Below are positions 50,014-57,330 of a DNA stretch of 64,000 bases, piece by piece; within the stretch, counting starts at the first letter, position 1, and each line of letters begins with the position of its first letter. The notes beneath the pieces were generated by a model, which made no database searches, was not told the DNA's origin, and saw only the letters and a program-made list of their open reading frames with translations. The stretch lies in NCBI GenBank assembly GCA_013374835.1, contig CP055307.1, positions 749,304 through 813,303 on the forward strand, written 5' to 3'. This stretch comes from Candidatus Woesebacteria bacterium (GTDB lineage Bacteria; Patescibacteriota; Microgenomatia; UBA8517). The position numbers and the translations under genes are program-made.

Positions 50014-50517
50014 CTATTTCTTAAAATACTTAATTCCTTTCACTTTTATTTCTCTAGGATAAACTAGGGTTGTCTCTGGCAATTTATAATCATCTTTAAC
50101 ATAGGCCAATGTAAGATGAGGGATAAATCCTAACTGAACAGATTCTTCAAAGGGAAATCTTTTAAAACTTTCAGAAATTTTTCTTAATTCACCAGTGCTG
50201 TCAAGAACATCAACCCAAAGTATTTGACAAAAACCACTGTATTCTTTTCTAACTGTAAGCCCTCTCAGTACCAGTACTTCGGGCAAAGAGAGATTGGAAA
50301 TAAACGCATTCATTTCATTTTTATCAATCTTTTCATCAATTAAGCCATAAAAAAATGTCATATGCAGCTTCGAAGATACATCTCCTTGTATATAGTCAAC
50401 AGCATCTGAATTATATAAATCTTCTCTTTTGGTAATTACGCTGGTCAGCTTTTGGAAAGGCTTAATGTCACCCTCAGTAAATGTGGCCGCAACATAGCCG
50501 TAATCTCTTTCTGTCAT
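50014..50517 (-). CDS. 2H phosphoesterase (LigT/ThpR-like 2'-5' RNA ligase family)
   Basis: Two H-x-T motifs (HMTFFYG and HLTLAYV). Confidence 0.6.
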   Translation of the reverse strand: MTERDYGYVAATFTEGDIKPFQKLTSVITKREDLYNSDAVDYIQGDVSSKLHMTFFYGLIDEKIDKNEMNAFISNLSLPEVLVLRGLTVRKEYSGFCQILWVDVLDSTGELRKISESFKRFPFEESVQLGFIPHLTLAYVKDDYKLPETTLVYPREIKVKGIKYFKK

Positions 50518-50576
50518 ATCGCAATTTTACTAGACTCCAAGTAGAAAAACAAACCTAAACACTATAAAATACAGGT

Positions 50577-51602
50577 ATGACAGATCAAATTAAGCAAATG
50601 GCTCCAAAAATCTTGGAAGCCATAAAAAAATCAAACAAAATTTTATTGCATTGCCATCCATATCCCGATCCAGATAGTGTCGGGTCGGTTTTGGCTATCG
50701 CTGCTGTGCTTAAAAAACTCGGGAGAGATGTAACGCCAATTATCGGTGATACAGAATATCCTCAAAGTCTTTTGGGACTTCCAAATCATGATTGGATACA
50801 ACCTAAAAATTATACTCAAATTGAACCTAACAACTTTGACCTCTTTTTAATCTTAGACAGCTCTTCTCCTTCACAAATAACACAATTAACTGAAATTGAA
50901 TTCTCGAATAACATGAATACTATTGTGATAGACCATCATGCTACAAATTCTAAATTTGGAAAACTTAACTTAGTTGAACCCACATATTCTTCTACCAGTC
51001 AAATTTTATATGAGCTTTTCAAACTTTGGAAAGTGGAGATCAGTCCTGATATTGCTGTTTGTTTATTCATAGGAATATTTGCAGACACAGGAGGATTTAA
51101 ATATCCAAACTCCACTCCCGAGGCTCTTCAAATGGCGTCTGAACTAGCAAAAATTAATCCTAACTATCATAAGTTAATTTTTGATCTTGAAAATAACAAA
51201 AAACCAATAGAGGTAGAGATGATTGGATTAGCACTCTCCTCCATAGAAAAGTATTTTTCTGATCATGTGGTTTTATCAGTAATCCCCTATGAAGAAATTA
51301 AGAAAAGAAATCTTTCAAAAAGTGATGCAATGGAAGGTCTAGTTGCCAGTTTACTTAAAGCTGTTGTTGGTTGGAATTTGGTAGCAAGCTTGGTGGAGGC
51401 AGAACCTAATGTCGTTACAGTAAGTCTAAGAACAAGAGATGAGAATAAATTTGACGTTAGTAAAATTGCAAAAACAGTTGGAGAAAAAGGTGGTGGCCAC
51501 AAAGGAGCAGCAGGGACGACTATTATAAAACCTCTCGATGAAGCAAAAGCAACCCTCTTAAGGGCGGTAGAGCAAACTTTTCCTGAATTAGGAAAGCAAT
51601 AA
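50577..51602 (+). CDS. nrnA: DHH/DHHA1 phosphoesterase (NrnA-like oligoribonuclease/pAp phosphatase)
   Basis: DHH motifs (HPYPDPDSVGS, VIDHHATN) and the DHHA1 GGGH motif (GGGHKGAAG). Confidence 0.75.
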   Translation: MTDQIKQMAPKILEAIKKSNKILLHCHPYPDPDSVGSVLAIAAVLKKLGRDVTPIIGDTEYPQSLLGLPNHDWIQPKNYTQIEPNNFDLFLILDSSSPSQITQLTEIEFSNNMNTIVIDHHATNSKFGKLNLVEPTYSSTSQILYELFKLWKVEISPDIAVCLFIGIFADTGGFKYPNSTPEALQMASELAKINPNYHKLIFDLENNKKPIEVEMIGLALSSIEKYFSDHVVLSVIPYEEIKKRNLSKSDAMEGLVASLLKAVVGWNLVASLVEAEPNVVTVSLRTRDENKFDVSKIAKTVGEKGGGHKGAAGTTIIKPLDEAKATLLRAVEQTFPELGKQ

Positions 51603-51778
51603 TTAAGATCTCAATAAAACTTGCGGATAATCATCTGACTCATTGTTTTTCTTAAAAACCACCTTTCCGTTGAATTCATAGTAGTTATTTTTAGCAAGAT
51701 CAGCAATTATCGCTATCCAATCAGTATCTTCTCTCACAGCAGCAGAATACAATCTGCCATGAACAAATCAAACCTAAC

Positions 51779-52897
51779 TTAAGAATTATGATTGATCTTG
51801 TAATATCTTCTCTTGCCAACCCTTATAATTATTTCATCTCCTGTTATTTGACTATTTAGATCGTCCATTGTTAGCGGGGAATAATTGTCGCCCCTTAAAA
51901 TTCTGATGCCTCCTTTTTCGCTTGAGGTCAGCATTCTCCTTAAACTACTTTTTGATTCTCCCGTAGCCTCACTTAATACGTCAATTAATTTAGAACCAGA
52001 AGGGGCAGTAACTGTTTCTATATCCCCTGGAACTAGTTGTTTTTGTTTACCAAATTTTTGGTTAAATCTTCTCTCCGCCTCGCTTATAATACCTTTATCG
52101 TAATGATTAAATGTTCCGACTATAACTCTTGCTAACATTCTTTTTGCCTCCATTGGATGCACATCACCACTCTGAACTCTGGATTTTAATTCTTTCAACT
52201 CACTAGATGAGATTTCGGTTAATTCTCTAAACCATATCCACATTACCTCATCAGGTATTGACATAACTTTTCCATACATCTCACTCGGCTCTTCTTTAAT
52301 TGATATATAATTTCTTAGGCTTTTACTCATCTTTACAATCCTTCCTTCTGAATCAATCCCTCCGCTGGTACCAGCAAGTAAATTTGTAACAACAAAAATC
52401 TCACTCTTCAAACCTTCAAGCCTCATCATTTCTCTGCACCAATAAAGGTTTAAAAACTGATCTATCCCTCCCACTTCCACATCAGGCTTTAACACTACAG
52501 AATCATAAGCCATAAATAGAGCATACATTAATTCAGCCATACTTATTGAACCACCACCCTTTAATCTTCTCTGAAAATCCTCCCGCTGAAATACTTGACT
52601 GGCACTTATTCTTTGCAGAAGAGGTAGCCATTCTCGCATCGTCATTTTAGACAACCATTCTGAATTATAATAAGTTTCTACTCCAGGATTTCTTAAGTCC
52701 AAAATCAATCCTGCTTGTTCAAAATAGCTCTTCATATTTTCTTGAATCTGTTCTTCTGTTAAAATAGGTCGTGCCGTCATTCTTCCAGTAGGATCACCTA
52801 TTCTTGCTGTAAAATCACCTACAACAAATTGAATCTTACAACCCATTTGTTGAAAACGCCTAAGCATTAAAATCGGCACAGCATGGCCAAGATGCAT
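51779..52897 (-). CDS. tyrS: tyrosyl-tRNA synthetase, downstream portion from the first in-frame ATG; gene appears frameshifted near its 5' end
   Basis: HIGH motif (MHLGH), KMSKS motif (VKMSKS) and GDFTARIGDPTG. In-frame upstream codons encode ...KPLTVKFGIDPTGSE but contain no start codon. Confidence 0.8.
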   Translation of the reverse strand: MHLGHAVPILMLRRFQQMGCKIQFVVGDFTARIGDPTGRMTARPILTEEQIQENMKSYFEQAGLILDLRNPGVETYYNSEWLSKMTMREWLPLLQRISASQVFQREDFQRRLKGGGSISMAELMYALFMAYDSVVLKPDVEVGGIDQFLNLYWCREMMRLEGLKSEIFVVTNLLAGTSGGIDSEGRIVKMSKSLRNYISIKEEPSEMYGKVMSIPDEVMWIWFRELTEISSSELKELKSRVQSGDVHPMEAKRMLARVIVGTFNHYDKGIISEAERRFNQKFGKQKQLVPGDIETVTAPSGSKLIDVLSEATGESKSSLRRMLTSSEKGGIRILRGDNYSPLTMDDLNSQITGDEIIIRVGKRRYYKINHNS

Positions 52898-52925
52898 TTC
52901 AGAACCAGTAGGATCGATTCCAAAT

Positions 52926-53147
52926 TTAACAGTCAGTGGCTTTTTTTTCTTCCTTAGCTCGTTTTAGTATTTGCAACAATTCATTATTACTTGGTGTTGG
53001 AACTGGCGTTATAGCTTCTGGATGATCAGCTACTTTATCCACTACTATCCTAAACTGCTCTTCGGGAGGTATAGATGATAAGTCTCTATCTTTTACAAGC
53101 AATTTTGATTCTAATTGAAATAATAACTGGTTAGGTCTAGATTCCAT
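52926..53147 (-). pseudogene. tyrS: N-terminal segment of tyrS in a different frame, split from the body at an A8 homopolymer (52941-52948)
   Basis: The ORF ends ...NNELLQILKRAKEEKK. Joined across the A8 run it gives ...ELLQILKRAKEEKKKPLTVKFGIDPTGSEMHLGH, which matches the TyrRS N-termini I recall, e.g. Thermus ...[23 protein letters not shown]..., recalled rather than database-checked. Confidence 0.5.
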
Positions 53148-53401
53148 CTCTTCGTAATTTTAAGACAAAGGAAGCATGAAAAACAATTAACTATAGATGT
53201 AAATTAAACACAAGCCTCCTTTTTAGCTACTCTTGTGGAGCCTATAAAAAGGTTTAGAGGTTGTTTCAAAGCTCATCTCTGGTGGAATTGACCTAATAAT
53301 CCTTACATGCTCGTCACCCTTGGTATAATTCTCATCTTTCTAGGTTCTGGGGGTTTGAAGTTAAACTTAAATTCTAAAGTTGGGACTGCAAAGCATCTGT
53401 T

Positions 53402-53545
53402 CCGACCGATAGGTTCATGTCCCAACTTCTCGGTGGAAGTCAAAGACAGTTGTGGTAGTGGAATGTGACATAAGACTTCTACCTCACTCCTTTCTTTGAT
53501 AATGACTTTCTCTATTATATCGCGAATGAAGTTCTTTTTGTCACA
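53402..53545 (-). repeat. copy 2 of the 142-bp ychF promoter/leader module, located about 255 nt upstream of the tyrS N-terminal ORF
   Basis: Same promoter, SD, uORF (MSHSTTTTVFDFHREVGT, 53471-53415) and hairpin. It also carries the first 6 codons of ychF (MNLSVG), followed by an early stop. Confidence 0.55.
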
Positions 53546-53888
53546 AGTAGAAGGCTAAAGTAAGATTACTCCATGACTTCTTTTCTGATTTCTCGTATTG
53601 ATGTGCTTCTACAATACAAAATGTTTAGCTGCTTCTTTGTCATCTCCTAGAGCCAGATGAAAAGCTCCTATATTTGTGACTATCCGAAATTTGACTCTAT
53701 CGTCTGCCTTATTAATTATCAATATACAAACAGATAATGGGTCTTAATTCTTGGGAATGTTTGAAGAACATCTATCCAAGAAACACATTAAGCATTACTT
53801 AATTTACCCTAGGTGCCCGAAGAAATATTGCCGGGATGAGAATTTTCTGCTTCATTTTTCGGACAATATAATCTATATAATATAAATA

Positions 53889-54140
53889 ATGCATAGAATT
53901 GAAGAAGAACCTTCGAGACTAATAATTTTAGATACGATTGTTAGTAAAAAAACAGCCATTGATTTAATAAAGGCGGCAGAAGAAACCCACCTTGCCAGAG
54001 TAGAAATTCTAGCAAAACCCGGGGAGGAATACACCTCGTATAATGTAGCTCTTAAAGTTCCCAGTGGTCAAATGCTTATTCAAATCACTGCTCCAAACGG
54101 CGTTGCTTCCCAGAAACTTTGGAATGAGATAAATATATAG
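53889..54140 (+). CDS. hypothetical small protein
   Basis: 83-aa ORF with no recognisable motif. Confidence 0.3.
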   Translation: MHRIEEEPSRLIILDTIVSKKTAIDLIKAAEETHLARVEILAKPGEEYTSYNVALKVPSGQMLIQITAPNGVASQKLWNEINI

Positions 54141-54141
54141 A

Positions 54142-55536
54142 TTATTCTTTAATATAAAGATAATAGTCGCTTAACTGAGAATCAATTCTTTTAAGATTTA
54201 ATTTCGAATCGCGAGTAAGAAGAATAGATTTTTTAGGAAGAGCCTCGGGGTTTCCTTCATAAATATTTATCTCTTGGGTGAAATATATTGAGCGAAAAAA
54301 ATTTCTTACTGCACTTTCATCCCCTCCGGTAACAATTTCAGCTGTCTGATATGGGACAAAATCGTGTTTCAATAAATAATCCTTCATGGCAGAGTAAGTT
54401 TTTTCTATTTTTGTATCATAAAAGTGATTTTTGGTATCTTCTGCATATGAATACCAGTAGTAATTCATAAAAAGGCCAGCATTTACCGCTATAAGCGCCA
54501 AAAGCAGAAAAAGAGCTGCTTTTTGGTTTTTATAAAAACAATTAAAGCCGTAAGCAGAAATAACTGCATAAAAAGCAGACAAAGACGCAATTCTTCCTGC
54601 TCTATGGTACGAGCCTGTAAAACCAATTAATAAAGGTCCAGCAAAAAAGGCTAAAACCAACGCCTTAGCAAAGCCTCCCTTTTTCAAAGCAAATGATATG
54701 CCCCGCATAAAGGCTGGTAGCGAAGCCAGAAGAAAGACACCGTGCTTGCCTGTTGTGTGGTGAACAATGCTATCTCCATCTACAAAAAGAAAAGACGGAT
54801 CGAATGTCGAAAAATATGATCTAAAGAATGAGTAAATAGAAAAGGAGGGTTTCTGATTTCCTAAAATTGCTCCAGCGTATTTATATTCAAGATACGGCAT
54901 TATTAAAAAAAAAGGAGCAAGTGTACAAATAAAAGGGACTGTTTTCCTTTTTTTCTTTTGATTATAAAAAAGGTATATAAGTGAAATAACGGCAAAAATC
55001 GGGACAAAAACTCTCATTGCTTTGTATGAATAGAGAGCCACTCCAAGAAAAAATGCAGATAGTATGGGATTAGATTTTAAAAATATAAGCCATAACAAAA
55101 GCATGGGAATTGGAGTAAGAATATCAAGACCTAAATGCGAATGAATGTAAACGACCGGAGATGTTATAAAAATAAAGCTAGAAAAAAAGGCGGCTTTTGT
55201 GCCAAGAAGAGTATTTGTCAAATAAAAAATTAACATAGCGCTTAAGGAAGCGAGCACCGCGCTTGAAAGCTTAAGGTTTGTAATTGATACACCAAAAATT
55301 TTAAAAAAGGTAGCCATAAAATATGTCGGTACCGGCTCACGCCAATCCTTGTTGTTAATGGAGAGAATAAAAAAGGGCAGAATTCTTTCGTTTTCGTCTT
55401 TGGCTGTTTTTGAGAGAAGCGCTGCATTATAGCCAAAGGCTCCTTCATCTATTGTTAATCCTTGGGGAACTTTGTCGATACGATGGCTGAAAAACAAAAA
55501 AGAGAATAGAAAAACCGATAGATATAACTTTTTCAT
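54142..55536 (-). CDS. GT-C fold membrane glycosyltransferase (PMT/ArnT-like, family 39/83-like)
   Basis: Polytopic. First extracytoplasmic loop has a DE-containing motif (GLTIDEGAFGYNA) typical of ArnT/PMT-type GT-C enzymes. Confidence 0.65.
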   Translation of the reverse strand: MKKLYLSVFLFSFLFFSHRIDKVPQGLTIDEGAFGYNAALLSKTAKDENERILPFFILSINNKDWREPVPTYFMATFFKIFGVSITNLKLSSAVLASLSAMLIFYLTNTLLGTKAAFFSSFIFITSPVVYIHSHLGLDILTPIPMLLLWLIFLKSNPILSAFFLGVALYSYKAMRVFVPIFAVISLIYLFYNQKKKRKTVPFICTLAPFFLIMPYLEYKYAGAILGNQKPSFSIYSFFRSYFSTFDPSFLFVDGDSIVHHTTGKHGVFLLASLPAFMRGISFALKKGGFAKALVLAFFAGPLLIGFTGSYHRAGRIASLSAFYAVISAYGFNCFYKNQKAALFLLLALIAVNAGLFMNYYWYSYAEDTKNHFYDTKIEKTYSAMKDYLLKHDFVPYQTAEIVTGGDESAVRNFFRSIYFTQEINIYEGNPEALPKKSILLTRDSKLNLKRIDSQLSDYYLYIKE

Positions 55537-55572
55537 GAGGATATTATAGACTACTTTGAAGTATAATTTATT

Positions 55573-55947
55573 TTATGGAAATTCTGGTTATAGCGGTAAA
55601 TTTCTTGAAAAACTTTTTGATGTGCTTATCGATAACGTAGTTAAATATTCTAAGAAAAAAGGTACTATTGGAATCAACTCTTCAAAAGGAAGAAATCACG
55701 CAATTATCAGGATAACCATTATGACCTAAGTATTTCTAAAAAATATTTGCCACACGTCTTTAACCTTTTTTTATTGAGCTGATAAAGCAAGGAGTAAGGT
55801 AAGGAGAACGGATCTGGGATTGGTCTATCTATCGCAAGACAAATCGTTGACCTACACGGTGGGCAGATTAGCGTTATCAGCAAATTTTCAGAAATACCTT
55901 TTAGTATCTTATCTAAGAAAGGAGGTGAAGCAGATAATGAAAAATAA
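55573..55947 (+). pseudogene. decayed sensor histidine-kinase remnant (HATPase_c domain only, multiple frameshifts/stops)
   Basis: N-box-like LFDVLIDNVVKYSKKKGTIGI. G1-like DNHYDLSISKKYLPHVFNLF in another frame. G2 box GSGIGLSIARQIVDLHGGQISV in a third frame. No DHp or sensor part upstream. Confidence 0.5.
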
Positions 55948-56380
55948 AACAAGATATCTGGTATTGGGTCTTTTATTGCTGGGCATGAGCGTTTATGGGA
56001 CAGGGAGAGTATTGGCTGAGGATGAGAGTACATATCCTCCTTTTGTCCAAACAATCGCTCAAAAGCTTGGTCTGGACGAATCTCAGGTTGAAGAGGCTTT
56101 CGATGAAATAAGAGCCGAGCACTTTGCAGAAATGCAGGAAGCCCGGGAAGAACGGCTGAGCGAAGCAGTGACTGACGGAATCATAACCGAGGAGCAAAAA
56201 AATGCTCTTATTGCCAAGTGGGAAGAAATGCATGCCGAGCATGCTGCCCAAAGGCAGGACCGTCAAACCGAAATGCAGCAGTGGTATGAAGAGATGGGTA
56301 TTGACCAAACCGCCTTACGCGAATACGTATCCGGACCTTGGGGAATGAAAGAAGGTATGGGTTTTGGTAAACACAGATAA
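55937..56380 (+). CDS. secreted alpha-helical protein of unknown function (signal peptide)
   Basis: MKNKTRYLVLGLLLLGMSVYG signal peptide and an AAGGAGG Shine-Dalgarno 11 nt upstream. Glu/Gln-rich helical mature part. The track ORF start at 55820 overlaps the kinase remnant. Confidence 0.5.
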   Translation: MKNKTRYLVLGLLLLGMSVYGTGRVLAEDESTYPPFVQTIAQKLGLDESQVEEAFDEIRAEHFAEMQEAREERLSEAVTDGIITEEQKNALIAKWEEMHAEHAAQRQDRQTEMQQWYEEMGIDQTALREYVSGPWGMKEGMGFGKHR

Positions 56381-56395
56381 TCTTTCCCATTCGAA

Positions 56396-56437
56396 AACGA
56401 TATACATCCCGAACAAAATCGGGGTGTATATCGTGTT
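56396..56437 (+). terminator. strong hairpin terminator (ACGATATACATCCCG / CGGGGTGTATATCGT)
   Basis: A 14-15-bp imperfect stem with loop AACAAAAT, followed by GTTT, directly after the 55937-56380 gene. Confidence 0.5.
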
Positions 56438-56461
56438 TAATTTATGATAACTTTTATTTTT

Positions 56462-57223
56462 ATGAAAAAAGAATTCGTAACTTTATTTTTGATTTTAAGC
56501 GTTTCTTTTGCCTTTAGACTACTTACTTATAGAGAAAATCAAAGCGGTGCTCCGCCTTATGGACTTAGTGAAGAAGATGTACCTAAATTCGGGAGTATTG
56601 AATGGTCGCGTGAATGGGTAAGACCTAATGTTCCCGCGAAAGTGGCTATCCAAGCCGGCCATTATATGAACGATGAACTGCCAAGCGAACTTGAAAGGCT
56701 TAGGGATAACGACGGATCAGCAGGTGGAGGAAAGCACGAATGGGAGGTGAATTTGGCAATTTCCGAAGAGATAAAATCAATTTTAAATGAAAACGGAATC
56801 GAGGCGGAAATCCTTCCTGCCACTATTCCTCCACGATACTGGGCTGATGTGTTTATTGCTATTCATGCTGACGGGAGCGAGAACACTTCAAAGCGGGGAT
56901 TTAAAATAGCCAAGCCTTGGCGAGATTTTAGCGGCAAAGCCGACAGATTGATTTCTTTTTTGCGCGATGAATATCAGGAAGAAACGGGGTTTTCCTGGGA
57001 TGATAATATAACACAAAATATGAGGGGTTATTACGCCTTTAGCTGGTGGAAGTTTGAGCACGCGATCCATCCAATGACTACAGCAGTAATTTTTGAAACT
57101 GGTTTTTTGACAAATTATTATGACAGACAAATTATTGTTAACCAGCCAGATATCGCCGCGCAAGCGATTGCCAAAGGAGTTATGAGATATCTTGAGAGTG
57201 AAGGGTTGGTTATATCAGATTAA
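56462..57223 (+). CDS. N-acetylmuramoyl-L-alanine amidase (Amidase_3 family)
   Basis: Signal/TM N-terminus. Zinc-ligand regions (VAIQAGHYMND, FIAIHADGSENTSKRGFKI) typical of the CwlD/AmiC family. Confidence 0.65.
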   Translation: MKKEFVTLFLILSVSFAFRLLTYRENQSGAPPYGLSEEDVPKFGSIEWSREWVRPNVPAKVAIQAGHYMNDELPSELERLRDNDGSAGGGKHEWEVNLAISEEIKSILNENGIEAEILPATIPPRYWADVFIAIHADGSENTSKRGFKIAKPWRDFSGKADRLISFLRDEYQEETGFSWDDNITQNMRGYYAFSWWKFEHAIHPMTTAVIFETGFLTNYYDRQIIVNQPDIAAQAIAKGVMRYLESEGLVISD

Positions 57224-57330
57224 TTTAATTTATGGCGCCACTTCTTTCCATCTAATTTTCTTTTTGTTTAAGGTTCTGGGGTAATTCCAGAGTATTTCAG
57301 GTGAATATGTGAAGGATTCTGCAGGGGTAT

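Noticed and set aside
53319-53328. Plus-strand extended -10-like element (TTGGTATAAT) pointing into repeat copy 2
   Set aside because: There is no matching -35 at sensible spacing and no downstream plus-strand ORF or structured RNA that I could see. It is probably chance in AT-rich DNA.
53148-53400. Possible T-box riboswitch leader upstream of tyrS
   Set aside because: I read the minus-strand RNA of the roughly 250-nt gap and found no T-box consensus (AGGGUGGNACCGCG) and no specifier-loop arrangement. The region instead carries the duplicated ychF promoter/uORF module.
55719-56054. 111-aa minus-strand ORF
   Set aside because: It lies antisense to the histidine-kinase remnant and the secreted-protein start, and has no Shine-Dalgarno. 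I treat it as spurious.
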